From contig JAAOXX010000001.1 in assembly GCA_018221025.1 (NCBI GenBank), positions 1-28,800 on the forward strand: a stretch of DNA of 28,800 nt, given 5' to 3'. The DNA is from Candidatus Altiarchaeota archaeon. GTDB lineage: Archaea; SpSt-1190. This document shows positions 1-9,049 of the stretch, in pieces (position 1 is the stretch's first letter; each line of letters starts with the position of its first letter). The notes under the pieces were generated by a model. It worked only from the letters and a program-made list of their open reading frames with translations, made no database searches and had not been told where the DNA came from. A program made the translations under genes and the position numbers.

Positions 1-62
1 CATAATCTTATATATTTTATAACTAAAGCTCAATATATGGTGGCGCAGAGGAGAGGAATAAA

Positions 63-1349
63 TTGCTGGATGTAAAATTGTTTAGAGAAACTCCAAAAAT
101 CATTGAAGATAGTCTGAAGAAAAGGGGCATGGACACTGCAATTGTAAAAGAAATACAAGAACTCGATAAGAAGTGGCGACAGAAACAATTTGAACTTAAC
201 CAGTTTCGAAAAGAAAGAAATGAATTATCAAAACAAATTTCTTCTGGAAAAAAGGAATTAGTTTCAAAGGCAAAGGAGCTCAAAGCCAAGATGGACTCCG
301 TGTCTGAAGAGGTTCCACAAATTGAGGCGGATTTGAAAACAAAATTAATGGAAATGCCAAATATTTTGCACAAAGATGTTCCAGTTGGGAAGGATGACAG
401 TGAAAATGTTCCGCTGAGATATTGGGGAACAGTCAAATTGGCACCCGGACTTAAAATTAAAGACAAAGTCAAAACAGAAATGATGAAATTCAAACCAAAA
501 GACCATCAAGAACTCTTAATTCCAAAATATGCAGACATAGAAAGGGCTGCAAAGATTTCTGGCGCAAGATTTTATTATCTCAAGGGAAAAATGGTTGAAT
601 TGGGATTAGCCTTAACTCAATTGTCCTTCGATTTCTTGAAAGGCAAGGGATTCGAGATAGTTGAACCCCCATATATGATGCGAAGAAAGGCAGTGGAAGG
701 CATGACAAGTTTTTCGGATTTTGAAGACGTCTTGTATAAAATTGATGAAGAAGACCTGTACCTAATTGCAACTGCAGAGCATCCACTTGGTGCAATGCAT
801 ATGGATGAGGTTTTGGAAAAAAAACAACTACCAATTAAATATGCGGGAATTAGCCCAAGCTTTAGGAAAGAGGCGGGAAGCCATGGCAGGGACACCAAAG
901 GATTCTTCAGGGTTCATAGATTCAATAAAATTGAGCAATTTGTATTTTCACACCCAGACAAGAGTTGGGAGATTCATGACGAGCTAATCAAAAATGCAGA
1001 GGCATTGTTCCAGAAAATTGAAGTTCCTTATAGGATTACGGACATATGTACAGGAGATATGGGACACGTAGCAGCAAGGAAATATGATCTTGAAGCTTGG
1101 CTCCCGGGACAAGGAAAATTCAGAGAAGTAGTTAGCGGAAGCAATTGTACAGATTGGCAGTCACGGAGACTCGGCATAAAATTTAGAGAAACCGAGTCGT
1201 CAAAACCAGAACTTGTTCATACCTTGAACTGCACGGCATTTGCATTGCAGAGAACCCTAATTGCAATCGTTGAAAATCATCAGCAGGAAGATGGAAGTGT
1301 AAGAGTTCCAAAGGCCTTGTGGAAATACATAGATTTCAAAGAACTTTAG
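63..1349 (+). CDS. serS: Seryl-tRNA synthetase (class II, bacterial/eukaryote-like type)
   Basis: N-terminal coiled-coil arm, TAEHPL, motif 2 FRKEAGSHGRDTKGFFRVH.F.K.E, SGSNCTDWQSRR, motif 3 HTLN...QRT..AIVENHQ; TTG start with purine-rich GAGGAGAGG upstream. Confidence 0.97.
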   Translation: MLDVKLFRETPKIIEDSLKKRGMDTAIVKEIQELDKKWRQKQFELNQFRKERNELSKQISSGKKELVSKAKELKAKMDSVSEEVPQIEADLKTKLMEMPNILHKDVPVGKDDSENVPLRYWGTVKLAPGLKIKDKVKTEMMKFKPKDHQELLIPKYADIERAAKISGARFYYLKGKMVELGLALTQLSFDFLKGKGFEIVEPPYMMRRKAVEGMTSFSDFEDVLYKIDEEDLYLIATAEHPLGAMHMDEVLEKKQLPIKYAGISPSFRKEAGSHGRDTKGFFRVHRFNKIEQFVFSHPDKSWEIHDELIKNAEALFQKIEVPYRITDICTGDMGHVAARKYDLEAWLPGQGKFREVVSGSNCTDWQSRRLGIKFRETESSKPELVHTLNCTAFALQRTLIAIVENHQQEDGSVRVPKALWKYIDFKEL

Positions 1350-1723
1350 AGGGGAATTTCCAAACTCTTTAGTTTGTCATGGTCGCACCAAAGCTCCATA
1401 TTAACTGATGTTACATTTGCACCCAATTGGGTAGTAAGCGTATCAGAAAGTGTTCCTTGTTGAGTGGTCAGGACATAAATATTGTTTCCAACCTCATGAC
1501 CTGGTTTATCGTATACGAAGGGTCCATAAACCACAACGTAACAAGCCTTTCTAAATGGTGCGGAATAACCAACCGAAAAACTAAAAGATGATGATTCAAG
1601 ACTTGCAGACTTGTACTCGAGTGATGGTTCAACAAGAGTCCATTGTGGCAACACAAAAATAAACACTAATCCCATCAACGAGACCATTGTAAGTAACTCA
1701 GTATCCACTTTAATTGCATACAT
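1346..1723 (-). CDS. Hypothetical protein with N-terminal hydrophobic anchor
   Basis: ORF track 1346..1786; ATG at 1723 (MYAIKVD) avoids overlap with the divergent gene; one hydrophobic segment then a beta-rich region. Confidence 0.6.
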   Translation of the reverse strand: MYAIKVDTELLTMVSLMGLVFIFVLPQWTLVEPSLEYKSASLESSSFSFSVGYSAPFRKACYVVVYGPFVYDKPGHEVGNNIYVLTTQQGTLSDTLTTQLGANVTSVNMELWCDHDKLKSLEIPL

Positions 1724-1756
1724 TAAACTTTTTAACTCTTTATGTGCCATACCAGT

Positions 1757-2443
1757 GTGAAAATACTTGCAATGGCCGATATTCACGGCGATTTAGAAAA
1801 ACTCTACAGATTAATCGATGGTTTAAAGGAAAAGCCAGATGCAGTAGTAGTAGCCGGTGATTTGACTCCGTTTGGTCCTGAAAATCTAGTACCAAAAATA
1901 AAGTCGGCACTCGATGGCGTTTCAAAATATGTATTTATTATTCCAGGGAATGAAGACCCGAAGGAAGTAAGAAAAGTTATGAAGGACTTGAAAATTGATA
2001 TGCACGGAAAGAAACTGGAGTTTCCAAAGGCAACATTCATGGGATTCGAGGGTGCACAATGGATAGAAGATGACGGCGAGATTTTAACCCATTATGAACC
2101 AATTCACAAGATATTGAAAGACGCAAAGAGAAAAACAGTATTAGTTACACATGTCCCACCATTCGATACCAACGCAGATACTCTGTGGACGGGGCATCAT
2201 GTAGGCTCTCCTTTTTTGAGAGGAATTGTAGACGAGTATCATCCAGATTTCTTAATTTGTGGTCACATCCATGAGGCGCGGGGAGTTGAAAAACTTGGTA
2301 AAACTCTAGTAATTAATACAGGAGCATTGGCCGATGGATACGCTGCATGGCTCGACACAGAAACGGCTAAAATTGAATTTTTGAAGATAGGAAAAAAAGG
2401 AATTAAGAAATTTACGGAGCCTTTGAAAGTAAAGACTCAATAA
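1757..2443 (+). CDS. Metallophosphoesterase (calcineurin-like, Icc-related)
   Basis: Motifs DIHG, GDL, GNED, THVPP, GHIHE; GTG at 1757 gives MKILAMADIHGD. Confidence 0.92.
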   Translation: MKILAMADIHGDLEKLYRLIDGLKEKPDAVVVAGDLTPFGPENLVPKIKSALDGVSKYVFIIPGNEDPKEVRKVMKDLKIDMHGKKLEFPKATFMGFEGAQWIEDDGEILTHYEPIHKILKDAKRKTVLVTHVPPFDTNADTLWTGHHVGSPFLRGIVDEYHPDFLICGHIHEARGVEKLGKTLVINTGALADGYAAWLDTETAKIEFLKIGKKGIKKFTEPLKVKTQ

Positions 2444-3029
2444 AGAATTCAATATCTTTCTGTGCCAGTTCCGGGTCCTTAACAAAGAACCGAATACTTT
2501 TTTCAGTGATAGTAAATCCATAATTTCCATCAGGCAATTCAAGCTTCCCACTCACCTCACGAAGTTTCCCCCTTGCCTTTAGGCGATTGAGTTCTTTGGA
2601 AGCAGAAAGCCCACCGCCAAATAATGCAACCTCAACGACGTGCTCATCATCTGTACCATAGATTCTTACTTTTCTAACATCACCACTCATTTTCATGAGC
2701 CGTTCAAAGTCACTTGGACCAAAGATAACCGGGTCTATATCTCCTAAGACTGATAGAGCCCTAATTGTGCGTTCAATGAGCACGGGTGCCCCATATGCTT
2801 CAATAACCCCATTGGATTTTATGTGGACTTCAACAGACGCAAAAGTTTCCATTTTCAGTTTTTCTTCAGAGATTGAATTTCCTTCGAGTTTTGCAATTTT
2901 AATGTATTTTGGAATCTTGAAAGTATAGTCAAGTCGAATCTCATCAAAGTCATCCCAAGTTTCAAACTTTGTAATTCCTTCATCCCCATTGAAACGGAAT
3001 TCTTCCAATTGCTTCATAATGGAATCCAT
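2412..3029 (-). CDS. Hypothetical protein
   Basis: Long ORF with protein-like composition (track 2412..3080); likely start ATG 3029; no motif recognised. Confidence 0.7.
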   Translation of the reverse strand: MDSIMKQLEEFRFNGDEGITKFETWDDFDEIRLDYTFKIPKYIKIAKLEGNSISEEKLKMETFASVEVHIKSNGVIEAYGAPVLIERTIRALSVLGDIDPVIFGPSDFERLMKMSGDVRKVRIYGTDDEHVVEVALFGGGLSASKELNRLKARGKLREVSGKLELPDGNYGFTITEKSIRFFVKDPELAQKDIEFFIESLLSKAP

Positions 3030-3060
3030 TCGAAGCGACCCCTCACTAAGAGAAAACAGT

Positions 3061-3273
3061 CTAAGATTCTTCCATGCCATTTTTAATCACCAAATCCATC
3101 AGTGCAACGCCAAACAAAACAAACATCCCAAAGAATGTAGCCTTACCAGCCCAGAACATATCTTTTGCAGTCAGGTACGACCACAAGTAAATCATCACAA
3201 TTAATGCGAGCCCTACTCGTCGATACCAAGTGGCTACAAGCCCTTTGAGTTTTTCCACAGAAGCCTTCGTCAT
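3061..3273 (-). CDS. Small membrane protein (2 TM)
   Basis: ATG 3273 (MTKASVEK) removes overlap with fen; two hydrophobic segments. Confidence 0.6.
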   Translation of the reverse strand: MTKASVEKLKGLVATWYRRVGLALIVMIYLWSYLTAKDMFWAGKATFFGMFVLFGVALMDLVIKNGMEES

Positions 3274-3338
3274 GACTGTATTAAACGTTTCCGACGCAAA
3301 TTTATTGGATTTTATAAAGTATTGATGCACAGGGGTGT

Positions 3339-4358
3339 GTGGGCGTCCAAATAAAGGATATTGTTGAATGGAAAAAAATATCATTTGACAGATTGGGCGG
3401 AAACAGAGTAGCAATCGATGCATTCAACACTCTTTATCAGTTTATTACAATAATACGACAGAGGGACGGGACACCCCTAATGGATTCACGGGGACGCGTG
3501 ACTTCACATCTTTCTGGGATGCTTTATCGAACTGCAAAACTTGCGGAAAATGGAGTAAAGCCAGTGTATGTTTTTGATGGAAAGCCACCCGAATTCAAAT
3601 TGGTAAGAGCACAGAGAGACAAGGTGAAAAGAGAAGCGGAAAAGAAACTCGAAGAAGCAAAAAAAACAGGAGACGATGAAGGAGTAAGAAAATATGCGAG
3701 TAGGGCTGTCCGTCTTGAAAAACATATGATTGATGATTCAAAAAAACTCTTGACGCTTCTCGGAGTTCCTTGGGTACAAGCACCAAGCGAGGGCGAGGCT
3801 CAGGCAGCTTACATGGCGGAAAAAGGAGATGTCTGGGCCGCAGCAAGCCAAGATTTTGATTCATTACTGTTTGGTGCACCTAAACTAATTCGAAATATGA
3901 CAATGAGTGGGCGTAGAAAACTCCCATTCAAGAATGTATATGTTGATGTTTATCCTGAACTCCTAAGGCTTGATGAAGTTATAGGAGCACTTGGAATAAC
4001 ACGAAAACAACTGATTTGTGTTGGGCTCTTAGTTGGAACTGATTTCAATCCAGGAGGAATAAAGGGGATTGGACCAAAAACTGCTTTGGACTTGGTCCGA
4101 AAAAGGGGATGTGATGCATTAAATGATGTCAAGTGGAAAGCGGAATGGCCATCAATTGAAACAGTCACTAGGTTTTTCTTGAAGCCTCCAACAACAGACA
4201 ATTATGAATTAGTTTGGAAGAATCCAGACACTGACAAACTATTAGATTTTATGGTGGGAGAACATGATTTCTCAGAAGACAGAGTTTTGAAGACAGTCAT
4301 GCATTTTAAACAGGGACTAAAGAAAGGCAGACAAACTGGTCTTGAAGACTGGTTTTAG
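3339..4358 (+). CDS. fen: Flap endonuclease 1
   Basis: MGV start, AIDAFNTLYQF, TSHLSG, PVYVFDGKPP, APSEGEAQAAY, SQDFDSLLFGAP, GTDFNPGGIKGIGPKTAL; C-terminal PIP box QTGLEDWF. Confidence 0.98.
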   Translation: MGVQIKDIVEWKKISFDRLGGNRVAIDAFNTLYQFITIIRQRDGTPLMDSRGRVTSHLSGMLYRTAKLAENGVKPVYVFDGKPPEFKLVRAQRDKVKREAEKKLEEAKKTGDDEGVRKYASRAVRLEKHMIDDSKKLLTLLGVPWVQAPSEGEAQAAYMAEKGDVWAAASQDFDSLLFGAPKLIRNMTMSGRRKLPFKNVYVDVYPELLRLDEVIGALGITRKQLICVGLLVGTDFNPGGIKGIGPKTALDLVRKRGCDALNDVKWKAEWPSIETVTRFFLKPPTTDNYELVWKNPDTDKLLDFMVGEHDFSEDRVLKTVMHFKQGLKKGRQTGLEDWF

Positions 4359-5203
4359 AAGAGATAAAGCATACTGAGCGCAACAGGTATTGCAAAATTA
4401 TCATCAATTGGCGCCCAGACCTCTGCAATTAAGAACAAGATTGCGGGTAAAATAACTGGGCTGTAAAAATGACGGGCAATTGCCCAGGCACCAATAAAAC
4501 CTGCAAAAGTGCCCTCTACACTCTTGTTTTTGTACAAAGGAGTATATCCGAAAAATTTACCAATCAGAGTAGATAAACCATCACCAATTCCAAGAACAAG
4601 AATTATCCAGGGCTGTCCAAGATATATTGGTAATAGTGAACCTAAAAAGAAAAAGAATGCACCACGCCCAGGCCATTCAGTTTCTCTCTTTGTTTCATAT
4701 AGTACAGTCGTAATAATTGGAAGTTTAACATATTTGATGACTAAGAGGAAGAGCATACCTGTGAAATAGATGGGAAGTATAATTCTCTTATCAATGAAAA
4801 ATGGGGGAATCGCTATTAGGACGCCAAATGCTGCATGAAACACTTTTCTCTTAACTTCACCAGTTTCAAGAATAAGCTTCTTCTTTCGAATCACATGCCA
4901 TTTGCCCAAACCATAACCAAGCAAGAGTCCAGCAACCGCATTGAGTGGATTACCCATTCCAAGCATAAAGTAGACGAGAGTCAGTAACCAGAAAAATCCA
5001 TTAAAAACGGAAAGCGTCGCAAGGAACATAACATTGAGGTTGGGGGGTGCCGTGGTAAAAGTTAATGTGTCTGAGACAAGATATTTGAGAGTAACACCAA
5101 CCAGTCCAGAAAGAAACAAAGTATAAGCCACTTCAAAACGTCTTCGCCTAACATAATACAAAAATATCAAGAAGATAATTGCGTACAGCAAGACACTACC
5201 CAT
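4355..5203 (-). CDS. Dolichol/phytol kinase-like CTP-dependent membrane kinase (SEC59/DGK1/VTE5 family)
   Basis: Polytopic membrane protein with KRKVFH, GDGLSTLIGKFFG, KSVEGT and DDNFAIP family motifs. Confidence 0.85.
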   Translation of the reverse strand: MGSVLLYAIIFLIFLYYVRRRRFEVAYTLFLSGLVGVTLKYLVSDTLTFTTAPPNLNVMFLATLSVFNGFFWLLTLVYFMLGMGNPLNAVAGLLLGYGLGKWHVIRKKKLILETGEVKRKVFHAAFGVLIAIPPFFIDKRIILPIYFTGMLFLLVIKYVKLPIITTVLYETKRETEWPGRGAFFFFLGSLLPIYLGQPWIILVLGIGDGLSTLIGKFFGYTPLYKNKSVEGTFAGFIGAWAIARHFYSPVILPAILFLIAEVWAPIDDNFAIPVALSMLYLF

Positions 5204-5260
5204 TCAAAACATCGCTCGGAAGAATTTTTAATGATTTGTGTCTGCATGAGTTTCGACAAT

Positions 5261-5668
5261 TTATAATTCAATTCCATAAACTCTGCCGGCAATTGATTCA
5301 AAACTGTACTCGTGTAAGTCAAATGATTCATTAATTGCACCTTCAATTGAATCACTGGTGCGTCTGGCTTCTGGCATATTGTCAAAGAGGCTATATACAC
5401 TTCTTGTGTTGTTGACGGCATTGCCATAGATTTCAGTCAATGGTGCAGGGTCAATCTGACTTGTTGCATCGGATATCATATTACTGTATTGACTAAGTTC
5501 CTCAGCAATTCGTTCGTCGGTATCTACAATAAAATCTTTTACATCAAATTGTCCACTGTAACCCAAATTATTAGAGCCCTTAAAACTGGAATAAGCAGTA
5601 GAGGCGCCTTTTTCGAATAGGCCCTTCACTTTCTTAAGAACATCTGGGTCTTGGACTAAACCTGTCAT
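5261..5668 (-). CDS. Hypothetical protein
   Basis: Track ORF 5261..5707; ATG 5668 lies about 24 nt downstream of a TTATATAA box (5699-5692), consistent with a leaderless start. Confidence 0.65.
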   Translation of the reverse strand: MTGLVQDPDVLKKVKGLFEKGASTAYSSFKGSNNLGYSGQFDVKDFIVDTDERIAEELSQYSNMISDATSQIDPAPLTEIYGNAVNNTRSVYSLFDNMPEARRTSDSIEGAINESFDLHEYSFESIAGRVYGIEL

Positions 5669-5707
5669 ACTACGTGTTACTACTTTTTGGTTTATATAAG
5701 TTATCAA

Positions 5708-6502
5708 TCAAGCCTCTAGCCAAATTTTCAACGAATTTGCCTTTCTTGATGGTCGTGCAGATTTTCCATAAATCCTTAGGTCTTCCTCAGAAATCACAGT
5801 ATCCACGAGTAGACGTGCATGATGCAATGATGCTTCAACTACAAAGCCTTCCTTTGTGGTGTGACCGGCAGCCCTGCCAATCTTAATCGTATCACCAACC
5901 AAGTCTCCAGTAGGCCGAAGGTAAGATAATGTGTATTTTCGAAGAAGTGCCATACGTTCAAATTTATGCCAGGAAAAATCCATCTTACCCCCAATTAATG
6001 CAAGTTTTCCTGATGGAACTACCCACATATCAGGGTCATCATAAAATTCTACAGTATCAAAATTAATTGGAACTCGCCCAGCAAGAACTGTAACTACGGG
6101 TTTTCCTTCCGCTTCCTCAATGAGAGTAAGTTCTGGATTAATTTTGGTGGTTCGACCATTCCAAGTTACAGTGTTTTCAGCATCAAATGTACTCCCCTCT
6201 AAGACTTCACAGCCATAATCCATTGCCTTATTGAGATAGTGCCAATACATGCGTTTAGTAGAAACTATTGAGCCTGCAACCCCCCTTTCATCCAATTCAA
6301 AATCTTTATTGAAATTTGCAACATACTTGATTTTATTAATCACGAAATCAGATAAACTGAATTCATCGACGGTGTTTTCACCAACTGGCTCAGAAACCAT
6401 GTCTGGAATTTTTCCAAAAAGACCTACTGACATGCCTTCAGCGGATAATCGAGAAGCGATGTAAACTGAGGGTAGACCCATCCCAAAAATTGCAATGTCC
6501 AC
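5708..6502 (-). CDS. Degenerate geranylgeranyl-reductase-like flavoprotein-fold protein
   Basis: Collinear resemblance to GGR: DIAIFGMGLPS (Rossmann), GSIVSTKRMYWHYLNKAMDYGCEV, MWVVPSG, IKIGRAAG (for VGDAAG); only 264 aa. Confidence 0.6.
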   Translation of the reverse strand: MDIAIFGMGLPSVYIASRLSAEGMSVGLFGKIPDMVSEPVGENTVDEFSLSDFVINKIKYVANFNKDFELDERGVAGSIVSTKRMYWHYLNKAMDYGCEVLEGSTFDAENTVTWNGRTTKINPELTLIEEAEGKPVVTVLAGRVPINFDTVEFYDDPDMWVVPSGKLALIGGKMDFSWHKFERMALLRKYTLSYLRPTGDLVGDTIKIGRAAGHTTKEGFVVEASLHHARLLVDTVISEEDLRIYGKSARPSRKANSLKIWLEA

Positions 6503-6542
6503 TATCTAGTTAGCACTATGAAATAGATATACCTTTTGTTAA

Positions 6543-7547
6543 CTATCGGACTAAACCAACTCGCTCTGTGACGGAATAAATAGTTGATTTTGTATTGTCG
6601 CCGTTTAGAAGGCTGATTGCTCCATATCTGTCTCTTATTGTTTGAGCTCTAATAACTGCAGACTCAAAGTCACTATAAGAAATGCCGACTTGCTCAAGCG
6701 TAGTGGGAAGTTTATACTCCTCTAGTTTTTGCCTATAATTATCCCAATCAATAATAGACTGCTCCTCAAATTTTTCAAATAATCCCAAATTGAATAATCC
6801 AAATAAGGCAACAAGTTCCCCGTGACGAGAGCCGTAATCTCCTGTTTCTGACAAGGCGTGATAAATAGTGTGCTCCCCCCCAGAAGCTGGACGAGATGAA
6901 TCTGCTAAATTAATGGCTACACCCGATGCAGTAAGAGCCGAGAAAAGTCCTTCTTCTGATGAAAATGAAAGTGACTCCATAATCTTATTATATGCTTCAG
7001 AATCTACAGTTTCATTGTTGTGTCGAGATGAAAGTAACCAATCTGATACTGAAGAATAATTTGATAGTAAGTCGCCAATGCCTCCAACATTCATAGGATT
7101 CTTTTCCAGCACTTCGCGAATTCCAATCACTTTGTTTGGACGAATCGTTTTGATGGATGCTTTCTCACCATTGTAATGAAGAGAGCTCCTATTACTTGCG
7201 ATTCCATCATGACTGAGTGCTGTTGGAAATGCAAATAAATTAATGTCCAATTCTGATGCGAAATATTTGGAGCAATCAATTATTGCCCCACCGCCAACAC
7301 CGGCGACAATCTCATAAGTTTCATCCAAACCACTTATCAACTCAGAAAGATTTTCAATTGTCCTTCTGTCACCGTTCACAATAATTAATTTTGCATCAAA
7401 TTTCTCGGCCAATTCCCTACCAAATACTTTCCCAGTGGTTGGACCTGTAATAACTAGATCAATTTTTAGGTCAAGTTCATCCAACTCATCTCGACTAACA
7501 AAATAGAGATCCGGACTATGAATAGTACTCACCAAAGACAGCCGCAC
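6543..7547 (-). CDS. egsA: sn-glycerol-1-phosphate dehydrogenase
   Basis: GVGGGAIIDCSKY, PTALSHDGIAS, GDLLSN...SDW, SRPASGGEH..YHAL, HGE; true start may be GTG 7532, about 24 nt after TTTATA at 7559-7554. Confidence 0.88.
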   Translation of the reverse strand: MRLSLVSTIHSPDLYFVSRDELDELDLKIDLVITGPTTGKVFGRELAEKFDAKLIIVNGDRRTIENLSELISGLDETYEIVAGVGGGAIIDCSKYFASELDINLFAFPTALSHDGIASNRSSLHYNGEKASIKTIRPNKVIGIREVLEKNPMNVGGIGDLLSNYSSVSDWLLSSRHNNETVDSEAYNKIMESLSFSSEEGLFSALTASGVAINLADSSRPASGGEHTIYHALSETGDYGSRHGELVALFGLFNLGLFEKFEEQSIIDWDNYRQKLEEYKLPTTLEQVGISYSDFESAVIRAQTIRDRYGAISLLNGDNTKSTIYSVTERVGLVR

Positions 7548-7622
7548 AAGTCGTATAAATGTGGGTGTCGTAATTCTAAAAATTTGTCGAGATGAGTATC
7601 GACAATAACTAAAAATAAATCT

Positions 7623-7650
7623 CGCGTAGCGGGGAAACTCCCCGCCTGCG
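7623..7650 (-). terminator. GC-rich hairpin downstream of histone gene, terminator-like
   Basis: Perfect stem GCGGGGA-AAC-TCCCCGC at 7629-7645 with imperfect extension, followed on the minus strand by ATTTATTTTT. Confidence 0.55.
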
Positions 7651-7665
7651 ATTAAAATAATAATA

Positions 7666-7866
7666 TTAGCCTCTATATGCGAGTTTAATATCTTCTTTTG
7701 TCACAGTCTTTCGACCAGCGTGCCTCGCGAGCTGTACAGCCTTTGAGGCGACTTCACTAGCGAAATCCTCTAACACTTCCCTAAGGGCATCTGCAGCATC
7801 TTCTGAAACGCGAGCTGCGCCTGCTCCTTTTACCAGCCTTTTCATAGGCGCTAAAGGTAACTCCAT
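7666..7866 (-). CDS. Archaeal histone (HMf family)
   Basis: ELPLAPMKRLVK.AGA.RVSEDA...HAGRKTV..EDI histone fold; GGTGA SD 5 nt before ATG 7866. Confidence 0.96.
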   Translation of the reverse strand: MELPLAPMKRLVKGAGAARVSEDAADALREVLEDFASEVASKAVQLARHAGRKTVTKEDIKLAYRG

Positions 7867-7897
7867 CCCGATCACCATTAAGACTAGTTACGCTCCA

Positions 7898-7910
7898 TTT
7901 AATACTTTTC
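7898..7910 (-). promoter_or_regulatory. Candidate BRE/TATA promoter of histone gene
   Basis: GAAAAGTATTAAA on the minus strand, about 32-44 nt upstream of ATG 7866. Confidence 0.45.
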
Positions 7911-8024
7911 GATTTGTGCTTTTTTCGTAAAATGGAGCACGTAGCATCGCCCATAGACCACCAACTCATAAAAAAAGTCAGTAAAAGCGATGAAGCTCCA
8001 TTTCCGATGGAACTAACTCTCGAG

Positions 8025-8540
8025 TTATTTAACAGTTGGTAAGAAACTCAGGTACTCCTTGATGTCTTTAACAATTTGTTCGGCATCCTGTCTAACACGA
8101 GTCAGATGAACTTCTCTTCGACGTCTATAGAAATAAGCATCCCTTATTGGGAAGAATGGACGCAATAATGGACTACTCGCCCATACATTAAGATAATCAA
8201 CAACTATGGCACCATTCATAAAGAATGAAAAACTTCCCTTTGGAACCATTTGTGGCGTCTCACCTTTGTCTCCGGGTTTAGGAGCAAGCGACCAAGTAAG
8301 CTTCCAGTGAATATCCAATGCAGAGATAACATACTTCCCTTCAATTTCAGTAGAACCAATCCACACTCCGACGGCAGCCTGTTTAGAACCATCCCCATAC
8401 CAGCCATGGGCATATCTCCATTCACTAATACCATATCCCCTATCACTGAAAAAATTCCATAGTGCTTTGTACATATCTGGCGGATAAAATCCCTCATGTT
8501 CAAACTTCATGTCCCTGAATGCCCAATATCTTACAGCCAT
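8025..8540 (-). CDS. Conserved hypothetical protein
   Basis: 171-aa ORF; start overlaps the CBS gene stop (TAATG); pattern resembles DPANN hypotheticals from recall only. Confidence 0.75.
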   Translation of the reverse strand: MAVRYWAFRDMKFEHEGFYPPDMYKALWNFFSDRGYGISEWRYAHGWYGDGSKQAAVGVWIGSTEIEGKYVISALDIHWKLTWSLAPKPGDKGETPQMVPKGSFSFFMNGAIVVDYLNVWASSPLLRPFFPIRDAYFYRRRREVHLTRVRQDAEQIVKDIKEYLSFLPTVK

Positions 8541-8956
8541 TAGATTACCTGTTTCGAATGTTCAGTAATTAACTCAATTATTTCTGGAGCAATCCCGACT
8601 ACATCTTTATCCGAAACCACACCCACAACCCCTAAATTATCTTTAATTACAATTCGCCTAATTTTTTCACGAGCCATATTCTTTGCGATTTCCATAATGG
8701 GCGTTGAAACCATTGCAGTCTTTAGTGGAGAACTCATCACATTTTTTGCAAGGGTATTCTTAGGATTTTTTCCTTCAGAAACAATTTTGACTATATCCAT
8801 CTTTGTAATAATTCCAACGTACTGTGAGCCATCTGAAACGAGAACACTACCAACTTTGCGAGAAATCATCACTTTTGATACATCTTGTAAAGTAGACTCA
8901 AGACTAACAAAAACAACTGGTGTCGACATGACATCGCTTGCAAGTACGGCTCTCAC
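8540..8956 (-). CDS. CBS-domain pair protein
   Basis: Two CBS repeats: DVMSTPV...VGSVLV..GIITKMDI and NVMSSPL...IRRIVI..GVVSDKDV. Confidence 0.92.
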   Translation of the reverse strand: MRAVLASDVMSTPVVFVSLESTLQDVSKVMISRKVGSVLVSDGSQYVGIITKMDIVKIVSEGKNPKNTLAKNVMSSPLKTAMVSTPIMEIAKNMAREKIRRIVIKDNLGVVGVVSDKDVVGIAPEIIELITEHSKQVI

Positions 8957-9049
8957 ACAAGACTAAGTTACAAGCTTATTAAAGAGTTTCTTAACCAAAG
9001 TGGCGAAAAATCTGGGTAAAGAATTTAAAGGATTACGACAAAGAGCGAT

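Noticed and set aside
5261-6502. TGA readthrough fusing the GGR-like gene to the in-frame downstream ORF (about 413 aa, near full GGR size)
   Set aside because: The downstream ORF shows no GGR C-terminal resemblance and has its own TATA about 24 nt before ATG 5668; no SECIS-like evidence.
7623-7650. Archaeal SECIS element
   Set aside because: No GAA/A internal loop on the transcribed strand and no neighbouring gene with a credible in-frame TGA.
7930-8003. Fluoride (crcB) riboswitch resemblance (ATGGAG, TCGCC, GATGA, CTCC)
   Set aside because: The 5' GGCGA strand of P1 is absent, spacing is wrong, and there is no crcB-type gene downstream.
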